This document shows, in pieces, positions 10,264 through 21,000 of a DNA stretch of 64,000 bases. The position numbers and the translations under genes were made by a program. The DNA is from Macrostomum lignano. Lineage: Eukaryota. Numbering within the stretch: the stretch's first letter is position 1; every line of letters starts with the position of its first letter. The notes under the pieces were generated by a model that saw only the letters and a program-made list of their open reading frames with translations, was not told the origin of the DNA and did not search any database. The stretch is taken from positions 125,510-189,509 of the forward strand of contig NIVC01002255.1 in NCBI GenBank assembly GCA_002269645.1, written 5' to 3'.

Positions 10264-12900
10264 TCATACCAGATACTTACTGAAATCAATATCGTCCTTA
10301 TATTGGTCCAGTTCCTTATCGTCGCCGCTAGCTACAGAGAGGCTGGAGCCGAGCGACATCCGGTTGCCCTGCAGAGGAACAACAGCAGCGCCATCCTCGT
10401 CTCCGGCCTGATTTGGCACCCGCTGATACTCCTTGAAGACTTCGGCCTTGGCCTCCTCCTTAGGGTTGTGGCCCAATTGGATCTCTTTCTCTTCAACTAG
10501 ATAAGCGCGTTCAGGCTGGCGCCTGACCCAGTAAACGATAAGTATGATGACGACAATAAGACAGATTATTCCAATCACAACGCCGATGATGATTGAATTG
10601 GCTGCGGCTGGTTCCGGCTCTGTAGGCATTTTGAAGTTGAGCGACACCGGAAGGAACGACAAGGATGATCCGATGTCGAAGTCGGTCGAGTAGAAGCACA
10701 GGCTGTCCTGCCGACAGTCCCACTGACCCAGCGCGGCGATCGGTTCTCCGTGACGCTCCTTGTCCAGCTTCAGGTTGGCGATGTTCGAGCCAGTCCGATA
10801 GCGGAAGTTGTACACCGGAATGAGTCGCTTCCTCTTCACGAGCTCCTTCGCCACATCCGGGCTGCTCACGGGGTAGATTTTGTAAGCGAGTCGCTGCGGC
10901 GCATTCGTCGTCGAGATCTCCGACGCGTTGTTGAACAGAATCTTGACATTGTCGAGCAGGTCATTGTCCAGTCGAAGGTAGGATTCGACATCCACTCCGA
11001 CTCTCGTCAGGTAGGCCATGAACTCGTCCGTGAGACTGAACTCGAAAAACGCACCCTTGCTGAATCCGCAGCCCTGCACTGAGCAGTTGTTGTTCGGGTT
11101 GAGCACGAACTGTTTGCGAGTGAGTCTCGGAATGAACACGACGTCACCGCCGCTCTGAACTTTGTAGGTCGGCATTCCGACCATCATAGACTCGGAGCGA
11201 TCGATGGACACGTCGCACACAAATCTGTGAGAGAAGTTTGTGCCGTACGTTGTGTACACTGGCGGAACACGGCGAACCGTTGCAGTCAAGCGCTTTGAGT
11301 CTTTTCCTGCCGAAGTCGCGTTCAGGAAGAAGTCGGCACCATCTGTGTTGACCTTGGATCGGAACTCGTCAAGGGTCATCTTTGTCCAAGATTGGGACCC
11401 TCCGACCGTCTCTACAAAATAGAACACTGGCTCGATCTTGACGGTTTCTAGACTGGCAAAGTTTACGATGCAGCTGTAGGAAACGTACTCGTCCTCGATG
11501 GCGTACACTTTTGGTGGCAACAGACCTGTAATCTTGGCGTGACTGTCGGAGACGAAGGTCTCAGTCTGGAACTGCGGAAGAGAGATTACCTTCACTTTGA
11601 AGCTAAAGCTCTTTGACCCGGCTTCGCACCTGTAGACACCTGAGTGACGGTTACTCAGTGTGTGCGGAAACTCGACAATGTTCCCTGTCCTAGAAATTCG
11701 TAAGCCGTCCACGTAGGTCCATTCATCTCCAGACCCGACCATCTGAACGTCGTTGCGGTAGAAGCGAAACACCTCCGTTTTATCGTTGCAGATGATCGGG
11801 CACACGATGGCTGTAAAGTCCATGCCAGACAAGATAGTCACGTTCGGACTGATGCCAGGGACCACTTCGCAGGCCTTGTCAGACGAGACACAGGTGGAGT
11901 AGGAGGTATCGCTAATTGGAACTCGCTGCTCCACTGCTTCGGTGTTTTGGTACGGTTCAACTTCACCTGAGAACGACACAATCGAACAGATTCCAATAGA
12001 TGTTGCAGGCTTTTTCTCATCATAAAATCGTTTGACTTCATTTCTGAGTCCGCAAGCAGAGTACCACAGCTTTCCATCATCAATGTTTAGTTTCATGAGC
12101 TTCTGGAAGTTCTGGTTATCGTCATCGAGCTTGGAATTATAGTTCACAAACATGATGGACTTTCCCATTTGGAATGTCAAGCAGGAGCCAGCATCAAAGT
12201 ACAGAATTGAGCCGAGGTTCATCTTCGCCTTGAAAAAGTCGGGAGCCTCCTTGAGAACTCGGCTGATTGCCGGCTCTAGAAACTGTATACTGTCGAATCC
12301 AGAGGTAGCCGTGGACGTTTTTTTCATGTAATTCACGGCTGCATCGGTTAGGAACCTCTTTTTGTAAGAGGTGCTCGTTGATGCCGAGCTGAAGCTGCTG
12401 ATTGCGTCCAAACTCCAGACAAACAGCCGGTTGGACACTAATTCTCCAGTCGCATATTCAATTTTTATAAAGAACTCGATGCGTTCTCGGAACACCTCTG
12501 TGTAGCTCAGCTTTGAAGACCCCATCGCAAGCTGGAAGTCCGTGTCGTCTACCGATTTTAGTGCCGACACCTGGAAGGAGATGGTGCTCGAGCACCTGTC
12601 TGTGGTCGATGTGGTGGCCAGTGAGCTGAGATCGATGCTTTCTTCTACGGAGTTTTTTGGACACTTGTAGAAGAGCATTCGCTTCATACCGCCACCAGTG
12701 TCACCGGAAACCTTCACTCGAATGATGATCTTCTTGTCTTTGCTAAGGATGGCGAGCATGTTAGAACCGCCCACCTCCCAGCGGTCATCCCAGGTGAGCA
12801 TGATCTTTCTTGATATTGAGTAGTCAAAGCGAGGCATCTCTTGACCAGCCAATGCTATTGTTGTCACAGCCGCAAGTATTAACAATGTTTTCGTCAACAT
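10264..12900 (-). CDS. Intronless type I membrane Ig-domain protein, copy B (878 aa from the likely ATG)
   Basis: Uninterrupted ORF (10264-13017). Signal peptide MLTKTLLILAAVTTIALA, Ig domains as in copy A, TM IIIGVVIGIICLIVVIILIVYWV followed by RR, and a ~85-aa tail ending FSKYLV. Confidence 0.9.
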   Translation of the reverse strand: MLTKTLLILAAVTTIALAGQEMPRFDYSISRKIMLTWDDRWEVGGSNMLAILSKDKKIIIRVKVSGDTGGGMKRMLFYKCPKNSVEESIDLSSLATTSTTDRCSSTISFQVSALKSVDDTDFQLAMGSSKLSYTEVFRERIEFFIKIEYATGELVSNRLFVWSLDAISSFSSASTSTSYKKRFLTDAAVNYMKKTSTATSGFDSIQFLEPAISRVLKEAPDFFKAKMNLGSILYFDAGSCLTFQMGKSIMFVNYNSKLDDDNQNFQKLMKLNIDDGKLWYSACGLRNEVKRFYDEKKPATSIGICSIVSFSGEVEPYQNTEAVEQRVPISDTSYSTCVSSDKACEVVPGISPNVTILSGMDFTAIVCPIICNDKTEVFRFYRNDVQMVGSGDEWTYVDGLRISRTGNIVEFPHTLSNRHSGVYRCEAGSKSFSFKVKVISLPQFQTETFVSDSHAKITGLLPPKVYAIEDEYVSYSCIVNFASLETVKIEPVFYFVETVGGSQSWTKMTLDEFRSKVNTDGADFFLNATSAGKDSKRLTATVRRVPPVYTTYGTNFSHRFVCDVSIDRSESMMVGMPTYKVQSGGDVVFIPRLTRKQFVLNPNNNCSVQGCGFSKGAFFEFSLTDEFMAYLTRVGVDVESYLRLDNDLLDNVKILFNNASEISTTNAPQRLAYKIYPVSSPDVAKELVKRKRLIPVYNFRYRTGSNIANLKLDKERHGEPIAALGQWDCRQDSLCFYSTDFDIGSSLSFLPVSLNFKMPTEPEPAAANSIIIGVVIGIICLIVVIILIVYWVRRQPERAYLVEEKEIQLGHNPKEEAKAEVFKEYQRVPNQAGDEDGAAVVPLQGNRMSLGSSLSVASGDDKELDQYKDDIDFSKYLV

Positions 12901-13508
12901 TTTGAGTCTGTTGGTGATAGTTTTAAAAAGTGTTAAAACAGTATCTACTTTATGGCATACTATTGCATTAATAAGGTACATGTATATATAAAAAGGTAAA
13001 AGCATATTCTTACTCATAGGTATCCTTTAATTGCAAGCTAATATATAGGTTAATGGATTTATATTTGTTCAGTATTTATAAAAATTATCTGCATTAACAG
13101 TAGGAATACCAAGCCATTTTTCCGCCCGTCGAACTACCAAGGGGGGGGGAAAATTTCCCCCCCCCCCTGACAAATTTTTTTGCTGCGCCGGAACGGAGCA
13201 ACGCAGACACACAAAATTCAAGAACACGGGCTAACTTTTTGTTGCGCACCTTCTCAAACAAGAATCAAGTCGCCAGCCCTCCGGACCGTCGAGATATTCG
13301 ACGATTCTGCCAGAAGGTCGGATTTTTCCCATAAGCGCTAGTGTATTCAGTACACCCCTGTGCGCCAATCAGCACTGCGCCTCAGTGCAGCCTTGCCAAG
13401 TCTCCAAATTTCATCAGCACGTCGACCACATGTGTCTGCATCAGCTCTGACTTCGTTGGTCACTAGCCTTCACCCAGGCGGAGCTTCTGGACCTTCAACA
13501 GGTGGCAC

Positions 13509-14414
13509 CAAGTGACTATGGACACTCTGATACGAATTTCTCGAGTTTCGCTGATCAAGCCTCGACAGTGGGCATACCTCAACTGCTAGGTATCCTCAGC
13601 TAGTCTCTCGAGCCTTCCATCATCACCCCGACGCCGTCGGCACCTTCAACGGATTACACCAGGTGACTATGAACACCCTGATGCAAATTTCTCTAGTTTC
13701 GCTGATCAAGCCTTGCCAATGGGCAAGCCTCAACCGCGAAACATCTTCAGCTAGTCTCTCAAGCATTCAGTCATCACCCCGACGCCGTCGGCACCTTCAA
13801 CAGATGACACCAGGCGACTATGAACACCTTGATGCGAATTTCTCTAGTTTCGCTGATCAAGCCTCGACAGTGAGCAAGCCTCAACTTCTGGACACCCTCA
13901 GCTAATCTCTCAAGCATTCAGTCATCACTCGGACGCCGTCGGCACCTTCAACAGATGACACCAGGCGACTATGAACACCTTGATGCGAACTTCTCGAGTT
14001 TCACCGATCAAGCCTCGACAGTAGGCAAGCCTAAACTGCCGGACACCCTCAGCTAGTCTCTCAAGCATTCCGTCATCATCCCGACGTCGTCGGCTCCTTC
14101 AACAGATTACAACAGGTGACTATGAACATCCTATTGCAAATATGTCAGGTTTTTCTGATCAAGCTTCAATATTGGGCAAACCTCAACTGCTGGACATCCT
14201 CAGCTAGTCTCTCAAGCATTCCGTCATCATCCGGACGCCGTCGGCTCCTTCAACAGATTACAACAGGTGACTATGAACATCCTATTGCAAATATGTCAGG
14301 TTTTCTGATCAAGCTTCAATATTGGGCAAACCTCAACTGCTGGACATCCTCAGCTGGTCTCTCAGGCGTTCCGTCGTCGTCCGGACGCCGTCGGCTCTTT
14401 CAGCAGATGACACC
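13509..14414 (+). repeat. 151-bp tandem units x6 in the left arm of the foldback element
   Basis: Unit starts CA(A/G)G(T/C)GACTATG at 13509, 13660, 13811, 13962, 14113, 14264. Confidence 0.92.
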
Positions 14415-14745
14415 AGGGGAGTAAGGACACCTGAGCGTGATTTTTCATCATGCTCTTAACATTTCTGAAGCTCTCAAAATTTTTCAAGCACGGAAATTGC
14501 TATAGTTATGCTTGAACTCATGTTGCTGTATATTTATATTATTATTACACATACTTTTATGCATACGAGCTACATACATATTTTATTCGAAAAGCTGCTT
14601 AGTTTATTCAGCTATAATATTGAACCCAATGCAGAAAGGGTTATGCTTTTAAAAAGCCAGTAAATTCAGTCGGTTTTTTCATTTTTTAATGATTCAGAAA
14701 TGTTAAGAGCATGATGAAAAATCACGCTCACGTGTCATTACTCCC

Positions 14746-15502
14746 CTGGTGCCACCTGTTGAAGGTGCCGACGGCGTCGGGGTGATGACGGAATGCTTGA
14801 CTGACTAGCTGAGGATGTCCAGCAGTTGATTTTTGCCCACTATCGAGGCTTGATCAGCGAAATTAGAGAAATTATTATCAGGCTGTCCATAGTCAGCTGG
14901 TGTAATCTGTTGAAGGAGCCGACGACGTCGGGATGATGACGGAATGCTTGAGAGACTAGCTGAGGGTGTCCGGCAGTTTAGGCTTGCCTACTGTCGAGGC
15001 TTGATCGGTGAAACTCGAGAAGTTCGCATCAAGGTGTTCATAGTCGCCTGGTGTCATCTGTTGAAGGTGCCGACGGCGTCCGAGTGATGACTGAATGCTT
15101 GAGAGATTAGCTGAGGGTGTCCAGAAGTTGAGGCTTGCTCACTGTCGAGGCTTGATCAGCGAAACTAGAGAAATTCGCATCAAGGTGTTCATAGTCGCCT
15201 GGTGTCATCTGTTGAAGGTGCCGACGGCGTCGGGGTGATGACTGAATGCTTGAGAGACTAGCTGAAGATGTTTCGCGTTGAGGCTTGCCCATTGGCAAGG
15301 CTTGATCAGCGAAACTAGAGAAATTTGCATCAGGGTGTTCATAGTCACCTGGTGTAATCCGTTGAAGGTGCCGACGGCGTCGGGGTGATGATGGAAGGCT
15401 CGAGAGACTAGCTGAGGATACCTAGCAGTTGAGGTATGCCCACTGTCGAGGCTTGATCAGCGAAACTCGAGAAATTCGTATCAGAGTGTCCATAGTCACT
15501 TG
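14746..15502 (-). repeat. 151-bp tandem units x5 in the right arm of the foldback element
   Basis: Reverse-complement units with markers at ~14746, 14897, 15048, 15199, 15349, 15500. The right arm is ~150 bp shorter than the left, consistent with one unit fewer. Confidence 0.9.
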
Positions 15503-16820
15503 GTGCCACCTGTTGAAGGTCCAGAAGCTCCGCCTGGGTGAAGGCTAGTGACCAACGAAGTCAGAGCTGATGCAGACACATGTGGTCGACGTGCTGATGA
15601 AATTTGGAGACTTGGCAAGGCTGCACTGAGGCGCAGTGCTGATTGGCGCACAGGGGTGTACTGAATACACTAGCGCTTATGGGAAAAATCCGACCTTCTG
15701 GCAGAATCGTCGAATATCTCGACGGTCCGGAGGGCTGGCGACTTGATTCTTGTTTGAGAAGGTGCGCAACAAAAAGTTAGCCCGTGTTCTTGAATTTTGT
15801 GTGTCTGCGTTGCTCCGTTCCGGCGCAGCAAAAAAATTTGTCAGGGGGGGGGGGAAATTTTTCCCCCCCCCTTGGTAGTTCTACTGTTAATGTATGAAAT
15901 AGTTATATGAAAACTTAAGGCAGTTTTATAATACTTTATAGATAAACAAATCTTTATTATATTAATTACCTTATTGCTAAATGGATTGCTATGGCAATGA
16001 AATTGAAGAAAATTTTCAGTGTAATATATTTAGTCTGTATTAGCATTGTAAAATAAAAAGTATTTCTACTTTTTTGCATAAATCTGATTCAGTCAATACA
16101 ACAAAGATAGGATGCAAATAAAAAAGTCTGTCTTTGTAAATACTGAAATTTAATTGTATAAAGTGCAATAAAAATAGTTCATAAAATAAAATAGCTTCAA
16201 ACTGTGTATAGGCAAGCAATTTTATTAAAAGGAAAGTTTAGCCCTATTTATTGTAGTATGTCAAATAAATAGGGTTCTAGATGAATTGACTTATACGAGC
16301 CATAAATAGCAACCAAACGGATACCAATGTTGATACCAGTATAAGAAGTTCAAGTGCTCTATAAAAACTAGATATCTAAACAAATGACTCATAACTGCTA
16401 ACATACTTAGACATACAGCAGGTGATAAATCATTACAAAATATTTTTTCTGAAGTTCTTAATGAGACAAAAGTTATGTTTGTATTTAGAATGCTGTTAAA
16501 TTTCTTTTGGTAAGAGGCAACGAAAAGGGAATTTGGATTAAAAAATACAATTTGTATGCACACGAGCAAAGGCAAAGTGTAGACCCCGTGTCGGCCATAG
16601 CTCAATCGGGACCGGACATGGCGAACAAATTCAAATTATGATGTCTTTTACTGCGATAGTATGTTGCTTTAATTATGTTGCTTTCCGACTTAAAGTTTTT
16701 TAACAAGCTTTAAAAGAAGTAACTTTTTATATTTTAATTTAGAAAATATAGAAAATTACTGTATACATTGTTAGACTATAACCAACTAAAACATCCGGAA
16801 ATGTTCTAAGCCATTTATTT

Positions 16821-17367
16821 GGGAGCACGAGAATCGCCCGCAGACAATTTGCCCGCCAAGATTCGCCCACAGGAGATTTGCCCGTCGAGACTTGCCCGCT
16901 GAGATTTGCCCGTGTAGTGCATTTTTGCCCGCTAGCGAATTGCCCGTCGAGTTTTTTCCCGCCGAGGTTGCCCGCAATGCTTAATTTTTCCTGCAGCGCA
17001 TTAATTTGTCACGCGTCAGATTCTTCGGATTCGTCAGTCTTAATAACGAGATTTACCTGATCTAAATATTTGGATAGTAACTGCATGTAAAATGTTTTTT
17101 CTTCGTAGGCTTTTTCATTTCTATTTTCTATATACATAACCGCACAGGGGTACATGTGAGCTATTAATTCATGCATATGCCATGTCGCTAATTTGTCTCC
17201 TCAATCTCTTTGTTAAAACTTCAATTCTTCAAGAGTAAGCATTGAGGGGGAAATGCAGACAGAATCTGACGCGTGGCAAAATGCGCTGCAGGAAAAAAGC
17301 ATTGCAGACGAACCTCGGCGGGAAAAACTTAGCGGGTAATTCGCTCGCGGACAATTCTCATGGACCC
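16821..17367. mobile_element. MULE-like MITE with subterminal short repeats
   Basis: Imperfect TIRs GGGAGCACGAGAAT / ATTCTCATGGACCC; many TTGCCCG subterminal motifs; internal inverted blocks (CCTGCAGCGCAT...GCGTCAGATTC vs GAATCTGACGCG...ATGCGCTGCAGG); flanking 9-mers CATTTATTT / TATTTATTT (8/9 match, possible TSD). Confidence 0.7.
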
Positions 17368-18033
17368 TATTTATTTATATTGACTTCTATGAACCAGCCA
17401 ATATAAGTTACTCTCATTTTTTGAACTTCGCTTTTAATCGCTAATCATGTATCAGTAGTTTAAAAAAGTTTAATGCTTAGCGTATTTGCTTTATTGTATT
17501 GTAAAGGATCCCCAAATTATCGAAAAGTACATATTTTTATCTATAATAAAGCCATGGCAGTATTAACGCTGCTTTCTTTTTAAGAGCTTCGATCCATTCT
17601 ATAGAGAGCTCACAATTGAACTAAAAATCTTTTATTGGATAGCTCTAACGTGTACATAGTGCATATAAAATGATGCACATTTAAGACTATCTGGACAAAA
17701 GAGCTGAGTATTATTGAGCACTCGGTGGGTCCTTGTTGGGCTTAATTAGGTCCTTTTGAAGCGTTATACCTAGAGAGTACCGGCATGTCATAACTCCGTC
17801 AGGAACAATTTCAGCTAGTCGATAAATATAGACTACCACAGCTACCACAGCTACAAAATCAGAATTAATTACTCAATTAAATTGAATTAATTTAATTACT
17901 CATTAAATTACGAAACTATATGAGTTAGGTCATAGACAGCCGTCAAAAATAGTTTATATTAAAATTTTGTTTTGCTATTGTAATTTTCCGTGTCGGTTTT
18001 GTTAGAATAGCCTCTATTCTGGCTATTTAAGCC

Positions 18034-21000
18034 ATGTCCGACGAGAAGGCTGCCGACGACTCCAGTTCTACATTCAGCCAAGCAATCCATCTGTTGCGGC
18101 TCATGCTCAGGCTAAAATTATGGAAGTTCCTCTTCTGGATCCTACTAATACCAACTCTATTTTTAAACTTTCTGATAATGCAGAGATTGGAAAAAAAGAA
18201 TCCAGACACGGTGTCGGGGCCAAGCGTCAAGTCGTTGTCAGCTGCTGAAGCGGCCAATTGGAAGGTGCTCATTGCCAGGCAAGCAGCCATCGAAGCAGGT
18301 ACATTAAAAGCAATCGCGCAAAACAGAGGAGTAAAAAGCGGCAGCAGCTGGTTGACAAGGTGCGGCGAAACAGAAGCGTGCCAGATTCGACTTTATGGAG
18401 TCAATAGTCTCGCTGTCCGATGCGAACTCGAGCATTCATGAAGTTTGAGAGGCGAGTTACCGAGTTTTATTGTTTGGACGGCTCTAGATCAGATCTAATC
18501 TGTTCCTATCTGTTTCACCTGATGCATCAGTCCATGGATTCAGGTGGCGCCACCGCCGCCTCAGTGTTCAAAGATGTTAATTTTATCAAGCTGTATGACC
18601 GATTCGAGAGTGAAACAATGAAACGAGAATGGTTGAAAGCAAAAATCGACGCTCCGGATTCGTTGTGCACGCGATCGGCGAAAAACAGTGGCGCATTTTT
18701 CGACTATTTTCCTCGTTACTTTATGTTGCACCTTCTGGTGGTGGCATCAGCAATGACGCTCTACTTCACTGTCAGCACACTGTCAGGAGTCGCCGGGCTC
18801 AAGGAAAATGGCTTCCTGCAGCTGATGTTCTGCAATGGACTCTCCGTAGCTGCCTACTGGATTGTCATGTGGCTTATTACCTTAGTTGAATTACTCACCA
18901 TGTCTGCCCTATTTGTTATCTCGTACGGCATACAGTGTCCCGGATTCTTCTCTCCTGAAGGCCTGTTCAAATCATTTCTTACTCTGCTGTGCTTTTTCGT
19001 ACTTCTAGCCTCGCTGGGACTGCTTGTAACAACGCTTGTGGGCTCATATTTTGTAACTTTACTAGTGATGATAGTCTTCAATGTGATACTGGCATTTTGC
19101 GCTCTGGTCTGCAGGCAACAAGTGGCTTCCGCCGCTGGTAGGCGGGGCAATCACGTAGCCGGAGCCATGGTAATGCTTGTGTTCCCGCCTGGCAACATTG
19201 TTGAGTACCTGCTAGAGGCTATGCTGCCAAAAAGTCCAGCTAACAGAAGACCCACTGGGTACGAGCCATACTACCAGAGTATAGAGGTCTTATTATCCGT
19301 GCTTCCAATTATTTTCATCATACTGACGATATACCTAGACTTCGTAGTAAAGAATGGGAACGGACTGTGTCTGCCTTTCATGTATCCGTTCAATCCGAGC
19401 TTCTGGAATCCTCATCGGCAGAAGCTCATCGAGATGGTTGACGAGCAGCCCAAGCGGGCCAACGTTGAGCCCACAGTCGGCGTTCCGGCGGTCATTGCCG
19501 ATGACATTCACCTGACTTATCCGTCCGGCTGCTGCGAAGCAAAGAAGCCTCCAGTTCTGAAGGGCATCACATGTGAGTGTCCTTGCATGAGTTAGCTGCT
19601 GCTTTTCACATCCAACTGGGGGTAAAAGCAACAAAGGACCTTTGAAACGCATTTGCACTCCAGGCACCGTCTACCAGGGACAGATCACTGCACTGATCGG
19701 ACACAACGGAGCGGGAAAGACTACGCTTATTCGAGTGCTCATGGGCGAGGAGATTCCCAGCCGCGGCGTCGCCGTCATCAACGGCCACCGAGTGACGGAT
19801 CCGTACCAGCGACTCGCGCTCAGAGGCAGCGTTAGCATCTGCAAACAGGTCGACGTGCTCAGCAACTACCTCACCGTGATGGAGAGCATGAAGCTGACTC
19901 TCGTAGCCAAGGGTTTCAGTCCGGATAGCCAAGTCGCAAAGGTGCTCGACATGATGAAGAGGCTGGGACTCGCCGGCAAGGAGAACGTGCAGGCCATGGA
20001 CTTGAGCGGAGGTCAAATGCGAAAGGTGTGCAGCATAATTTGCCTGTTGGGGAACCCGAAGCTCGTGATCCTGGACGAGCCAACGAGCGGTCTGGACCCG
20101 GTGTCGAGACGAAATCTGTGGCAGATCCTCCAAGATCACAAGGCCGGTAGATCCATTATCCTGTGCACGCAGTTCATGGACGAGGCAGACATTCTGGCAG
20201 ATCGCAAGGTATTTCTGTCAGCTGGCAAGATTATATGTGCCGGCTCGTCCATGTTTTTGAAAAACGCATTTGGCTGCTGCGTGTCTATCAATGTTTCCCT
20301 GAAATCGGTTGAGTTCGCCCGGCCGCTAGTGAAATGTCTTACAAAAGTGAAGCTAGTGAGCCAGATGCACACTGAGCTGCTACTGAACGTGTCAGCCGAC
20401 AAACCGCAATTCCTAGCAGATGCTATCCAAGTTTTGGAGGAGCACAAAGAGTGGGTGGAAGCGTTTGGAGTCTCCCAAGCCCAGCTGGACACCATATTTA
20501 TGCGTTTGCGGCACATCGATCTGGAAAATATTGAAGCGTCATTCAGGTCGAAGAAGCTCCGGAAAGCTGGCAGAGCTGAGCGAGCAGAAGCGGCCGTAGT
20601 TCCGGTAAACTATGACGCGCTGTACAACTTTGAGTCCAAGTCGCCGATTTTGGCCACTCAACGGCAGCAGTTTTGCACCCTGCTGGCTATGAACTTCAAT
20701 CGGCAGAAAAAGTTTGGCGTCAAGTTTAGCCTTCGATTTCTTTTTCCAATAATACTCGTCATAGTAGTAGCTTCGATGGTTGACAGTGAGAGGACTGAGG
20801 AGGCAGACGCGCAACAGGCAGCAATCGGAGGCAAAAGCTCAAAGGCGATGGTCCGAACCCTTGTTCAGGACTTTCATCCGATAACTCAGTTTGGCATCTG
20901 TGTGTTCGACAGCGACAACAATGACGCAAGCGCTACAGATCTGGTGACGAAGGAGTGTAACGCAATGTTTGACGTAACAGAACCGGAAGCGAATCAAGTG

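Larger units (their letters stand above)
13092..15892. mobile_element. Foldback-type non-autonomous element with very long inverted arms
   Basis: 13131-14468 is the reverse complement of 14694-15881 (GAACTACCAAGGGGGG...GACAAATTTTTTTGCTGCGCCG at the left; its reverse complement at the right). AT-rich spacer of ~225 bp. The outer motif CATTAACAGTAG at 13092 mirrors CTACTGTTAATG ending at 15892. No coding capacity seen. Confidence 0.9.

Noticed and set aside
13663-15298. ORFs within the foldback arms
   Set aside because: Short translations of the 151-bp units with stops in each unit; no transposase motifs.
16590-16640. tRNA-like A box (TAGCTCAATCGG)
   Set aside because: No B box or cloverleaf downstream.
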